Source of the DNA: Bacilli bacterium
GTDB taxonomy: Bacteria; Bacillota_I; Bacilli_A; ML615J-28; CAG-698
Direction: 5' to 3'
Length of the DNA: 64,000 nucleotides
Assembly: GCA_017617065.1 (NCBI GenBank)
Contig: JAFZWP010000022.1
Coordinates: 22,931-86,930, forward strand
Below the pieces are notes generated by a model. It made no database searches, was not told the DNA's origin, and saw only the letters and a list, made by a program, of their open reading frames with translations. Shown here piece after piece: positions 55,488-64,000 of this stretch. Made by a program: the position numbers and the translations under genes. Every line of letters starts with the position of its first letter. The first letter of the stretch is position 1.

Positions 55488-57107
55488 TTATTCACCTAAA
55501 ACAATTTCATTATTTTCCACTTGTCTAGCTAGCATCTTTTCTTTTTCTACTTGAAGTTCAGCTGTCTTCTTATGATTTAGAGCATAAACAAAGAAGAATA
55601 CTGCTGCCATTAAGCCAAACATTACAGCTGGGATAATAGTAGCCATTTTATACATTGCATCTAGTGTGCCGGCATTTTGAACTTGGCCAGCGCCTGATTT
55701 ATAGTGCATTGCAATTAATGCTACGTTTACTGCTACAGCAGCAACTACTTGACCCATCTTACGGAAGAACATGAATACAGAATAACTTGTTCCATCGTTT
55801 CTCATTCCTGTCTTAACTTCCACATCATCAATAGCATCCGTTGCGATTGCCCATATCTCTAGAGTGATAATTGATAGGCCAATTCCTGAGATTAAGCAGA
55901 ACGCTAAGAATATTGTAGGTGTCTTAACAATAACTGGTTGCATAAAGAATAAAGCAAGATTTGCAACTGCTGCTAAAGCAGCACCAACTGCACATATTTC
56001 TTTCTTACCAAACTTACGAACAAGTTTACCTGCAAATAACATTAGTACTGCCATTGGCCCATATGTACAAACCATTGAAATCATATTCATCCAGTTTGCG
56101 GCAAACAAATCATTAAATAAATATGTGTAATATGTTTGTGTAAACATTTGACCAGCTAGTAATAATAAACCTGCTAAAGAGCATCCCAAGAATGAACGGT
56201 TTTTAAGTAAAGCCTTAACAATCTTGAAAGTTTCACCTTTATTTTCATGTTTAACTTCGTTAGTCTTAACTACTCTTTCTTTATTCCATTTATATGCTAC
56301 AAATAAAAGAAGACTTGCTACAATTGCGCTTACTACTACACCAATTAAGATTGGTAAATATTGTACTTGCGTTAAAACTCTTGCATTTTCACCTAATTGT
56401 TGGCCATTAGCGTTTACTGGAATTAATCCAGCTGCATATGTAGCTTGCAACTGTTCTACAATATTAGCTTCTTTTAATTGTTCAGCACTAAATATAACAG
56501 TGTTTGCCGCAGCAGGTTTTACTGCTTTTGCCCAAACAAATGTAACAACTAATACAGGAATTGATCCTAGTGCAGCGCCAACTGATCTAAATACTGATAA
56601 TTTATTTCTTTCCTTAACATCTGTTGTTACAACTGAAGCTAATGATCCATATGGTATTTGATGCATTGTATAAATCATACCAAATAAGATATAAGTGATG
56701 GTAGCATAAATACAAATACCAACGTTTCCGATTGCATTAGCAAATCCTGTCCAAGGTAAAAACATTAATACAGTTGCGATTGCTAAAGGAATTGAAACAA
56801 ATCTCATCCAAACGCGATATCTACCTCTTTTATCTGCTTTTCTAATGTCAACTATTCTACCCATGATTGGGTCATTAATTGCGTCCCAAACACGAGCAAT
56901 GATGAACATTATCATAATGAATAAAGGAGTTAATCCTAAAATATCAGTATAATATTTTTGAAGCAATGTGGTAACAGTAGCAAAGCATAAACATCCCGCA
57001 AAATCACCCATTGCATAACCAATGTAATCTTTTTTTGCTAGTCCACTAGTACGAGCAATATAATCACTAGATTGGTTAACTACTTTTTCTTCTTGTAAAT
57101 TTTCCAT
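55488..57107 (-). CDS. GPH-family glycoside/pentoside/hexuronide:cation symporter
   Basis: 539-aa, 12-TM-like protein with the N-terminal motif YAMGDFAG...RVWDAINDPIMG. Confidence 0.8.
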   Translation of the reverse strand: MENLQEEKVVNQSSDYIARTSGLAKKDYIGYAMGDFAGCLCFATVTTLLQKYYTDILGLTPLFIMIMFIIARVWDAINDPIMGRIVDIRKADKRGRYRVWMRFVSIPLAIATVLMFLPWTGFANAIGNVGICIYATITYILFGMIYTMHQIPYGSLASVVTTDVKERNKLSVFRSVGAALGSIPVLVVTFVWAKAVKPAAANTVIFSAEQLKEANIVEQLQATYAAGLIPVNANGQQLGENARVLTQVQYLPILIGVVVSAIVASLLLFVAYKWNKERVVKTNEVKHENKGETFKIVKALLKNRSFLGCSLAGLLLLAGQMFTQTYYTYLFNDLFAANWMNMISMVCTYGPMAVLMLFAGKLVRKFGKKEICAVGAALAAVANLALFFMQPVIVKTPTIFLAFCLISGIGLSIITLEIWAIATDAIDDVEVKTGMRNDGTSYSVFMFFRKMGQVVAAVAVNVALIAMHYKSGAGQVQNAGTLDAMYKMATIIPAVMFGLMAAVFFFVYALNHKKTAELQVEKEKMLARQVENNEIVLGE

Positions 57108-57203
57108 TTAAGGTCCTCCATTTCTTTACCATATCCATTGTACATTAAATAAGTCATTTGGTCAATCTTTATAGATACTCCCAAATGACTTATAAATTAT
57201 TAT

Positions 57204-57812
57204 TTATTTGTTTGCATGTTTAATAACTTCAGCTAATCCTAAAGCTATATCTTTAATTGATGCATTAGATGTATTAATCATTAAATCATAGTTTTCTTTA
57301 TCGCCCCATCTAGCTCCAGTATAGAACTCATAATATTCACCTCTTTGGCGATCGATTTGTTTGATTGCTCTAATCATCTTCTTTTCAGTTAACGATGCAT
57401 CAATTTCACCTTTTTCTTTACATCTTTTAATTTTTGATTCCATATCTGAATATACAAAGATTCGATAAGGATGTAAATCTCTCAAAATATAATCAGCACA
57501 TCTACCAACAATTACACAATTTGATTTAGCTGCTATTTCTTTAATAACTTTATCTTGTTCAGAATGAACTGAATAATATTCTTTAGTAATATAATTATTA
57601 TAGTCTTCAAATGAATGACCAATAGAAATTGGATAATAAACGATTGGTCTTTTTTCTATAATGTTTTGTACATAATCATATGCTAAAGATGTATTCTTAG
57701 ATACTTCTGCTACTATTTCTTTATCAAAATAAGCAATACCTAAAGCTTCAGCTAATCTTTTGCCTAATTCTCTTCCGCCACTTCCAAATTCTCTTCCTAT
57801 TGTAATAATCAT
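57204..57812 (-). CDS. cytidylate kinase-like family P-loop protein
   Basis: MIITIGREFGSGGRELGKRLAEALGIAYFDKEI is the hallmark N-terminus of the cytidylate-kinase-like family. Confidence 0.7.
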   Translation of the reverse strand: MIITIGREFGSGGRELGKRLAEALGIAYFDKEIVAEVSKNTSLAYDYVQNIIEKRPIVYYPISIGHSFEDYNNYITKEYYSVHSEQDKVIKEIAAKSNCVIVGRCADYILRDLHPYRIFVYSDMESKIKRCKEKGEIDASLTEKKMIRAIKQIDRQRGEYYEFYTGARWGDKENYDLMINTSNASIKDIALGLAEVIKHANK

Positions 57813-58906
57813 TTGTCTCCTCCTAATAAAATAATTGGTACCATCATTTCATCTTTAGTAATCCCGGCATGATTACCTTTCATCTCTTTTGCTTCAATTC
57901 TTCCATCATACATGAAATAATATTTATCTTTGGCAAGTGAAATATAATCTCCCATAAATGGTAATAGTTTATCTACACTTTTACCTACAAGACCAAGTTT
58001 AAAAAACTCTTCCGTAGTATATAGATCAAACCATTTTGCAAAACGATCATTAAATGCTTTTTTAAAGCCTTCTTTATCACTTACATTAAAAATAGTTGCT
58101 CTACCTTCAAGACTTGGTTTAATAGTGAAGAATTTTTTAATATCATCATAGAACCATAAATCAATTGGACTAACATCGATTAAGCCGTGATCAGCAATCA
58201 CTAATACTTTAGTCTTTTCACCAATCTCTTTTTCTAATCTTATTAATTCTTTAGTTAAGTCTAATAAATTATTCTTAACTTTTTCGTTAAAACAACCATA
58301 TTCATGAATTAGTCCATCTGGATTAGGCCAATATACATAAGTTAAAGACTTACCGTCTTGATGCATTAATTTAATGACTTCATCTACTTCTTCACTAAAC
58401 GAATTAGCGGTTCCTCCGGCAAAGCTTGGAAATACGACTTGATAATTAATACCTAAGCTAGCTCCAAATTGATGTAGTTCCACATATTTATTTCTAACGC
58501 TTGAATCAAGTGCCTCTTCTGTATAATAATCAATATTTTTAAACATTACATAATGGTGCTTATTTTCTTTAAAATACTGTTGCCAACCAAACCAACCATT
58601 CTCTCCTGGTAAAACACCAGTTAAAAGAGCGTTTGTGGCAGCTACGGTTGTTGGTGGGAATACTGATGTAGCGGTCCCAACCATTCTTTTTCTTAAAAAT
58701 GCATCTTCATCTAAATTACCATTTAGGATATTTACACCCATTCCATCAAGTAATATTAATACTACTTTATCATGACCTATTAATAAATCATCAACTAATT
58801 TGATTGATGGATATTCTAATGGTAAGTCGGGTTTAAAATGTTTTTTGATGGATGAAGCAATATTAACTAGTGAATTATTAAAATCAGGATACTTGATTTC
58901 CATCAT
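57809..58906 (-). CDS. alkaline-phosphatase-superfamily protein (type I phosphodiesterase/nucleotide pyrophosphatase-like)
   Basis: ILLDGMG, FPPTTVAATNALLTG and VIADHG metal/nucleophile motifs. Confidence 0.65.
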   Translation of the reverse strand: MMEIKYPDFNNSLVNIASSIKKHFKPDLPLEYPSIKLVDDLLIGHDKVVLILLDGMGVNILNGNLDEDAFLRKRMVGTATSVFPPTTVAATNALLTGVLPGENGWFGWQQYFKENKHHYVMFKNIDYYTEEALDSSVRNKYVELHQFGASLGINYQVVFPSFAGGTANSFSEEVDEVIKLMHQDGKSLTYVYWPNPDGLIHEYGCFNEKVKNNLLDLTKELIRLEKEIGEKTKVLVIADHGLIDVSPIDLWFYDDIKKFFTIKPSLEGRATIFNVSDKEGFKKAFNDRFAKWFDLYTTEEFFKLGLVGKSVDKLLPFMGDYISLAKDKYYFMYDGRIEAKEMKGNHAGITKDEMMVPIILLGGDK

Positions 58907-59498
58907 TACTACCTTCTATATAAAATGTTTGTTTAGGACCAGTATCGTTTACTAATATTTTTTTATCTCGATGTTTGAATAATAAATAATAAGCAACCCA
59001 TAAGTCACCTACACATCCACCAAAATGCATAGCAAACATAAATAATACAACTATTTTAGTAAATAGATCAGGAATTAATAACATCAATAATATATAAATA
59101 ATGTTAAAAATAACAAATGGAGCAAGAGTTGTAATTAGTGATGTTTTTCTATTAACATATAATTTTGGTACTCCACAAAACGCTACAAGTAGCGTTAACC
59201 CAAATGTTAATTTTTCATGGGTAAATATTTTGTAAAATAATCCATGGGTTAATTCATGAAGAATAATGTAAACAAACATCGCAGCACAAGCAATTAGGAC
59301 AATAAAGGGGCTAATATTAATATCTTCACCTGGATGAAGCTTTAATATTATTAATAAGCCTAAACCAAATATTATTGCTAATAGTAAAAAATTAACAACT
59401 GTCATCAAAACCATAAATTTCTTATCTTCTTTAGCATCAATGGTTTTAACGCAAATATATCCTTCAGGCAGTTCATAAAAGTAATTATTTGTTTTCAT
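58884..59498 (-). CDS. membrane zincin-like metallopeptidase (DUF3267-like)
   Basis: 4-5 TM segments with HELTHG (HExxH) at a membrane edge. Confidence 0.55.
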   Translation of the reverse strand: MKTNNYFYELPEGYICVKTIDAKEDKKFMVLMTVVNFLLLAIIFGLGLLIILKLHPGEDINISPFIVLIACAAMFVYIILHELTHGLFYKIFTHEKLTFGLTLLVAFCGVPKLYVNRKTSLITTLAPFVIFNIIYILLMLLIPDLFTKIVVLFMFAMHFGGCVGDLWVAYYLLFKHRDKKILVNDTGPKQTFYIEGSNDGNQVS

Positions 59499-59572
59499 AA
59501 TTATATTCTACTTCCTTATAATCATTATATTATATATTTGTATCAAATGCATTTATTTTTGCCATTTTGTTA

Positions 59573-59598
59573 ATAAAAAAAGGAGCCTATGCTCCTTT
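59573..59598 (-). terminator. terminator after efp
   Basis: Minus strand AAAGGAGC-ATAG-GCTCCTTT followed by TTTTTT. Confidence 0.8.
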
Positions 59599-59601
59599 AA
59601 T

Positions 59602-60171
59602 TTATGCTCTTGAAGAATAACTTCCATCGATTGTAGAGACGATAACTTTATCGCCTTCTTCAATAAATAATGGTGCTTCAATTACTAGGCCAGTTTGTAA
59701 AGTAACTTTCTTTCTAGCAGTTTGAGATGTATTACCTCTAACAGCTGGGTCTGCTTGAGTTACTTCAAGAGTAACCTTTTCATCTTTTGTTTGAATACCT
59801 AATACTTCGCCTTCGCACATCATAACTTGACAAATAGTTTCGCCTTCAACGATGAAGTTCTTATACCATTCAAGTCTATCAGCAGGAAGTTCGATTGTAG
59901 AATAGTCTTCATTATCCATGAATACATATGTATCACCATCTACATAAGAGAATAACATATCTTTCTTATCGATGATGCATTTTTTGTATTTGTTGTTAGG
60001 ATTGATTGTAGTAGCAACAATACTGCCGCTTCTTAAATCACGCATCTTAACTCTCATTACGGCGTTACCTTTACCAGGTTTCATAAAATCTTGTTCTAGT
60101 ACTAGCCAAATACTATTATTATATTCAAATGCCATACCAGCTCTTAAATCAATAGCACTTACCATTTCCAT
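59602..60171 (-). CDS. efp: elongation factor P
   Basis: VSAIDLRAGMAFEYNNSIWLVLEQDFMKPGKGNAVMRVKMRDL contains the KPGKG loop. The start is set at the ATG after AGGTGA. Confidence 0.9.
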   Translation of the reverse strand: MEMVSAIDLRAGMAFEYNNSIWLVLEQDFMKPGKGNAVMRVKMRDLRSGSIVATTINPNNKYKKCIIDKKDMLFSYVDGDTYVFMDNEDYSTIELPADRLEWYKNFIVEGETICQVMMCEGEVLGIQTKDEKVTLEVTQADPAVRGNTSQTARKKVTLQTGLVIEAPLFIEEGDKVIVSTIDGSYSSRA

Positions 60172-60214
60172 AAAATTCACCTAAATTAACCTTTCTTATT
60201 TTTTATCCATTAGA

Positions 60215-60243
60215 ATTATAATCTAAAATAAATGATTTTTCAA
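60215..60243 (-). promoter_or_regulatory. promoter TTGAAA-17nt-TATAAT for efp
   Basis: The minus strand reads TTGAAAAATCATTTATTTTAGATTATAAT. Confidence 0.55.
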
Positions 60244-60264
60244 GAATTATCTACTTAATGAAAA

Positions 60265-60286
60265 AAGCTAACCAAATGGTTAGCTT
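60265..60286 (-). terminator. terminator hairpin AAGCTAACCAAATGGTTAGCTT (copy 2 of 2)
   Basis: Identical 22-mer to 15141-15162, directly 3' of the small membrane protein gene. Confidence 0.7.
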
Positions 60287-60294
60287 AATTTCAT

Positions 60295-60711
60295 TTATTC
60301 TTCTTTGTTTTCTTCAGCTGGTTCTTCAGCTTTTTCTTCTTTAGGTTCTTCACCATCTTTTACGAAGTTTCCTGCAATGTTATAAAATACAGGTGCTTTG
60401 AAGTCATCCTTAACGAATGCGAAAATCATGCAAACTAGTAATACACACCAAACAAGAAAACCAATGATTGAGAAGATCCAACCTAGTTCTGGTCCTACTG
60501 CACTAGTAATGATTGCTTGTACAATGCTGATAATAATCCAAGCAGTAATAGCAAATCCATAACCTACAAACACAGATACTAATTGTCTCTTTTCTTCTTT
60601 TTCTAATTTTTCATGTTCTACAGCTAAAGCAACGATTCCTAATACTAAAGTTAACCAACTTAAGCCTAAACATACATTTCTAGGCATACCTAAAATTTTC
60701 TTTTCTTCCAT
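60295..60711 (-). CDS. small membrane protein with acidic C-terminal tail, function unknown
   Basis: 138 aa, 3-4 hydrophobic helices, C-terminus EEPKEEKAEEPAEENKEE. Confidence 0.55.
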   Translation of the reverse strand: MEEKKILGMPRNVCLGLSWLTLVLGIVALAVEHEKLEKEEKRQLVSVFVGYGFAITAWIIISIVQAIITSAVGPELGWIFSIIGFLVWCVLLVCMIFAFVKDDFKAPVFYNIAGNFVKDGEEPKEEKAEEPAEENKEE

Positions 60712-60769
60712 TTTTTCCTCCTATAAATGGTTTACATTTTCATTATATCACTATATACAATAATTTCAA

Positions 60770-61600
60770 TTATTGATTTTGTAACTCTAGAACTCTAGTT
60801 TCAATTAAGTTATATACTTCGCTTGAAATCTCAGCTGGAGTCATATCTTTATAATCATCATAATATAAAGTTTTAATTACTTCATAATGAACAATATGTC
60901 TTTTAGTCAATAAATGATCGTTTACTTCTTTAGTCCCAACAATTGCACTAACTACAATTGGTTTTTGTAAGTTCTTGGCAAATTTGAAGCAAGTATCTTT
61001 AAAAGGAAGTAGGGTTGTCTCACCAGTTTTATTTCTTGTACCTTCAGGATAGATTGCAAGTGAGCAATCTCCTGCTTTTAACCAAGTTAAGCCACGCTCT
61101 AATTCTTTTAAATCTTTTCTTACATCTTCTCTATTTAATTTTAAATATCCTATTTGGTGAATCATCTTACCAAAGAATGGTACTTTAAATAATGATTCTT
61201 TTGAAGCAAAGATAAATGGATAATCTTTAAAATAAATATTGGTTACAAGTGGATCTAAATTTGATACATGATTACCAACTAAAACGAAGTTTGTATCGGT
61301 AGGAACTAATTCTATTCCTTTAGCTTCAAGCTTTACGCCAAACAAAGATAATGCACATCTAACATAACGATAAAATATCTTTTGATATTTACCATTATAT
61401 TTATCTGGCTTTTTACTTGTATCAATTGGTATATCAATTATAACTGCACTTAAAAAGAATAATGATACAGTTAAAATTATATAAGCAATAAAGAATCCAA
61501 ATGCTACAATCACATAAATAAAAGGATTTGAAAAACTAAATAGTAAACTAGTTAAGATGCCTAAGGCTAATGAAACTAATAAAACTATTAATTTAATCAT
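60770..61600 (-). CDS. plsC: 1-acyl-sn-glycerol-3-phosphate acyltransferase
   Basis: Two N-terminal TM segments, HX4D motif GNHVSNLD, and YPEGTR. Confidence 0.85.
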   Translation of the reverse strand: MIKLIVLLVSLALGILTSLLFSFSNPFIYVIVAFGFFIAYIILTVSLFFLSAVIIDIPIDTSKKPDKYNGKYQKIFYRYVRCALSLFGVKLEAKGIELVPTDTNFVLVGNHVSNLDPLVTNIYFKDYPFIFASKESLFKVPFFGKMIHQIGYLKLNREDVRKDLKELERGLTWLKAGDCSLAIYPEGTRNKTGETTLLPFKDTCFKFAKNLQKPIVVSAIVGTKEVNDHLLTKRHIVHYEVIKTLYYDDYKDMTPAEISSEVYNLIETRVLELQNQ

Positions 61601-61604
61601 TATA

Positions 61605-62441
61605 TTATGCCTTTACAGTATATTCGCTTACACCTAATACTGTTTCACCATCAATTTGCAAAGCACATGGACGGTCAAACTTAACAGTTATTTCTTTACC
61701 AGTTGCAATTCTTACCATTTTAACTTTCTTAACATGTTCACCCTTGAAAATCTTAGGGAATACAATTAAAGCTTGGAATTTATTGCTAGCTCTATAAATT
61801 ACATTAGATAATACATCGCCCATTCTATCTTGAGCAGGTGCAACCATCATTCCACCGCCATAAAATCTACCTTTCATAGAAGGTGATAACCAAACTTTAG
61901 TAAATGTTTCTTCTTTGCCATCGACAATTACAGTAGCAGTAACTGGTTTAAAGTGGAATAATAGACCTTTAATTGCAATACCAGTATAATCTATTTTCTT
62001 GTTAGGCTCTTTTTCCTTAATTTGATCTGCTACTTCGCAACAATATCCATCAATTCCATAACCTATACCATTGATGAATTTCTTTTCCATACCATTTACA
62101 AATACTGTAGGTAAGTGTTCAATGTATGGATTTAATAATATTTCTTCTTCCCCTTCGTGATCTTTCTTAATATCATTTAAGAAATCATTTCCAGTTCCAG
62201 CTGCTCTTAAGAATAATTTGTTTTCAATCTTATAATCACCAATTGCATTAACAAGATAATTAATCGTTCCATCTCCGCCAACAAGTACTACTTCATCATC
62301 TTTATCTAGTCCTTTAAAGAATAGAACATAATCAAGCCCGATTACATCTTTTAGGCTAATGCCTTCTTTTCCTTCAAGTTCACCTAAAAATTCAGGTTTG
62401 ACTCCATTGTTTGCTAATGAATTGAATAAATAATATTTCAT
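61605..62441 (-). CDS. diacylglycerol-kinase-family lipid kinase (YegS/BmrU-like)
   Basis: VLVGGDGTINYLVN and GTGNDF motifs. Confidence 0.8.
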   Translation of the reverse strand: MKYYLFNSLANNGVKPEFLGELEGKEGISLKDVIGLDYVLFFKGLDKDDEVVLVGGDGTINYLVNAIGDYKIENKLFLRAAGTGNDFLNDIKKDHEGEEEILLNPYIEHLPTVFVNGMEKKFINGIGYGIDGYCCEVADQIKEKEPNKKIDYTGIAIKGLLFHFKPVTATVIVDGKEETFTKVWLSPSMKGRFYGGGMMVAPAQDRMGDVLSNVIYRASNKFQALIVFPKIFKGEHVKKVKMVRIATGKEITVKFDRPCALQIDGETVLGVSEYTVKA

Positions 62442-62493
62442 AGAATATTCCCCCTTATATATAAATTATAATATTGATTTAAAATATAAACAA

Positions 62494-62528
62494 TAAAAAA
62501 ATGAGTTATATAATATACAACTCATTTA
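62494..62528 (-). terminator. terminator after the cytoplasmic tyrosine phosphatase gene
   Basis: Minus strand AAATGAGTT-loop-AACTCATTT followed by TTTTTT. Confidence 0.75.
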
Positions 62529-62539
62529 AATATGACTAA

Positions 62540-63340
62540 TTATTCTAAATATATATTTTTAAGTTTATCAATATATTCACTATTAAGTCCTAAATAATTA
62601 GCAAGGTAATTATCTACTCCACCTAATTTATCAATTTCCTCAAAGGCTGCTTCTAAATATTCTCTTCTAGTAACAAGTAAATTTCTTAATCCTCTTGCTT
62701 TTTTTATCGAAAAACAGCCAACCGCTACACCAAATGTATATAAATTATTCATTCTTCTATTTACTACATTATAATGTAAGTAATCTTTAATGATCACTTC
62801 TTTATCTACACCTAATGCAAGTAAAAAAAGCATTGTGGCTACACCTGTACGATCTTTACCTTGAGTGCAATGATATACAACTGGTTTACCATCGCTTTTA
62901 ATCAATTCATCTAAGAATAGTCTATAACGACTCATAACGTCTTTGTTATTAATCATCTTACGATAAATTCGAGTAATATGTCCTCTACTACCGCCCTCTT
63001 CTGCCATATTGCTTTCTAACACTTCATCGCGTGAATCTTTGTTTACAGCTGGGTTATCATCATCACCTAAGACTGGCAAGTGAACATATTCTACGCCTGC
63101 AATTTCTTGGTCTGGTTTATCAATTAATTCTGATGGGCTACGCAAATCAATATCTTTACTAATTTTTAAATCATTTACTAATTTAAGTTTAGCAGCATCA
63201 TCTACTTTACTTAAATGACTAGATTTATAAATTAGTCCATATTTAATATGTTTACCGCCCACTGTAGGTAGTCCACCTAGATCTCTTAAACATGCAACTT
63301 TTTTAATTTTAATAACTGATCTCTTTAATATTTTTTTCAT
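62540..63340 (-). CDS. tyrosine-protein phosphatase (Y_phosphatase3, CX5R)
   Basis: P-loop HCTQGKDRTG. The start is moved to the ATG at 63340, because the track's TTG start lies immediately upstream of, and abuts, a TATAAT box. Confidence 0.7.
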   Translation of the reverse strand: MKKILKRSVIKIKKVACLRDLGGLPTVGGKHIKYGLIYKSSHLSKVDDAAKLKLVNDLKISKDIDLRSPSELIDKPDQEIAGVEYVHLPVLGDDDNPAVNKDSRDEVLESNMAEEGGSRGHITRIYRKMINNKDVMSRYRLFLDELIKSDGKPVVYHCTQGKDRTGVATMLFLLALGVDKEVIIKDYLHYNVVNRRMNNLYTFGVAVGCFSIKKARGLRNLLVTRREYLEAAFEEIDKLGGVDNYLANYLGLNSEYIDKLKNIYLE

Positions 63341-63346
63341 AATTAA

Positions 63347-63375
63347 ATTATACAAACCTTTTTTTTAAAGAGCAA
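63347..63375 (-). promoter_or_regulatory. promoter TTGCTC-17nt-TATAAT placed 6 nt before the phosphatase ATG (candidate leaderless transcript)
   Basis: Read on the minus strand. No Shine-Dalgarno sequence lies at a usable distance from the ATG. Confidence 0.4.
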
Positions 63376-63401
63376 TAAAAAAGTCTACCTTTCGGTAGAC
63401 T
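63376..63401 (-). terminator. terminator after rubrerythrin
   Basis: Minus strand AGTCTACC-GAAA-GGTAGACT followed by TTTTT. Confidence 0.9.
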
Positions 63402-63406
63402 ATGCT

Positions 63407-63967
63407 TTATTCTTCTTCTTTAAAGAATCTATTATACATTGCAAGTAGACTTGCACCATGACGTTGTTCATCTTTTGCCATTTCATGAACTGCATCATGA
63501 ATTGCATCATAATTTAATTCTTTAGCTCTCTTAGCAATATCAAGTTTTGATTTGCAAGCACCATGTTCACCAGCAATCATCTTTTCTAAGTTAGCTTTTG
63601 TACTATCAGTGATTACTTCACCTAATAATTCTGCAAACTTAGCAGCATGTTCTGCTTCTTCTTTAGCGATTTGTTCGAATAATAATGCAACACCAGGATA
63701 TCCTTCTCTTAGTGCAACTCTAGCCATTGCTAAATACATTCCAACTTCTGAACATTCACCTTTAAAATGATCACGGCATCCTTCTAATACAAATTGATCT
63801 ACGCCTTGAGCAACACCAACTTCGTGTTTGCAAGCCCAAACTAATTCTTCTTTACTAGGCTCTTCTGCAATTGGTTCTAATTTAGAGAAATCAGCTCCAC
63901 AAATTGGGCATCTTTCGCCTTCCTTAACTTCTACGATTTGTCCACAAACTTTACAACGAAACTTCAT
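63407..63967 (-). CDS. rubrerythrin with N-terminal rubredoxin-like domain (reverse rubrerythrin order)
   Basis: N-terminal CKVCG...CPICG Cys4 site followed by a ferritin-like four-helix part with EEAEHAAKF and EQRH motifs. Confidence 0.85.
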   Translation of the reverse strand: MKFRCKVCGQIVEVKEGERCPICGADFSKLEPIAEEPSKEELVWACKHEVGVAQGVDQFVLEGCRDHFKGECSEVGMYLAMARVALREGYPGVALLFEQIAKEEAEHAAKFAELLGEVITDSTKANLEKMIAGEHGACKSKLDIAKRAKELNYDAIHDAVHEMAKDEQRHGASLLAMYNRFFKEEE

Positions 63968-64000
63968 ATTATCCTCCTATAATTTCATTACACTTACATT

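Noticed and set aside
55864-56661. Plus-strand ORFs 55864-56130 and 56224-56661.
   Set aside because: They are antisense to the GPH symporter gene.
57809-58906. PglZ/BREX-type defence component.
   Set aside because: The alkaline-phosphatase fold is shared with PglZ. However, the protein is small (365 aa), and no methyltransferase, Lon-like, BrxC or other BREX genes are nearby. A housekeeping phosphodiesterase-type enzyme is the more conservative reading.
1-64000. Possibility of Mollicutes genetic code 4 (TGA read as Trp).
   Set aside because: All long ORFs are intact under the standard code, and several genes end at TGA with sensible C-termini (for example the GNAT gene at 44122 and the GH18 gene at 34421). 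Table 11 fits.
1-64000. Looked for CRISPR arrays, IS elements, integrases, prophage genes, toxin-antitoxin pairs and known defence systems.
   Set aside because: I found no direct-repeat/spacer arrays, no transposase, recombinase or phage-like ORFs, and no small paired ORFs of TA type. The window looks like core chromosome.

Overview
A visibly AT-rich chromosomal segment from a low-GC Firmicutes or Mollicutes-like anaerobe (Acholeplasma- or Erysipelotrichia-like). The standard genetic code appears to be in use: TGA behaves as a stop and all long ORFs are intact under table 11. I support about 59 protein genes, 52 of them on the minus strand, plus one tRNA-Pro(CGG), one guanine riboswitch and many intrinsic terminators. 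I saw no transposases, integrases, phage genes, CRISPR arrays or rRNA.

Gene content, in order along the window:
- **Translation and tRNA:** glnS (cut by the window edge), the t6A cluster tsaE-tsaB-rimI-tsaD, rimO and efp.
- **Central metabolism:** the nfu / S1-domain / pgi operon.
- **Potassium uptake:** two systems, ktrBA and trkAH.
- **Purine salvage:** a guanine-riboswitch-controlled operon of xpt, a BMP-type ABC importer, a stand-alone GMP-synthase ATP-pyrophosphatase and a GNAT.
- **Surface and secreted enzymes:** a GH18 lipoprotein, a dockerin-bearing metallophosphoesterase and a lipoprotein tyrosine phosphatase.
- **Other genes:** a P2-type cation ATPase, peptidases (pepF, pepC), a heterodimeric ABC exporter, a GPH symporter / carboxylesterase / GH31 sugar operon, lipid genes (degV, plsC, a DAG-kinase-like lipid kinase) and a reverse rubrerythrin.

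The most unusual items are:
- a 1461-aa K/E-rich coiled-coil protein translationally coupled to an unknown membrane protein
- a bacterial GMP synthase lacking its glutamine amidotransferase domain
- a tightly coupled cluster of an unknown protein, an HD protein, DUF523 (TudS-like) and a GH18 lipoprotein, next to a YjjG-like nucleotidase
- a three-hairpin attenuator-like leader in front of the P-type ATPase

All functional calls come from my own motif recognition on the translated ORFs. No database search was run.
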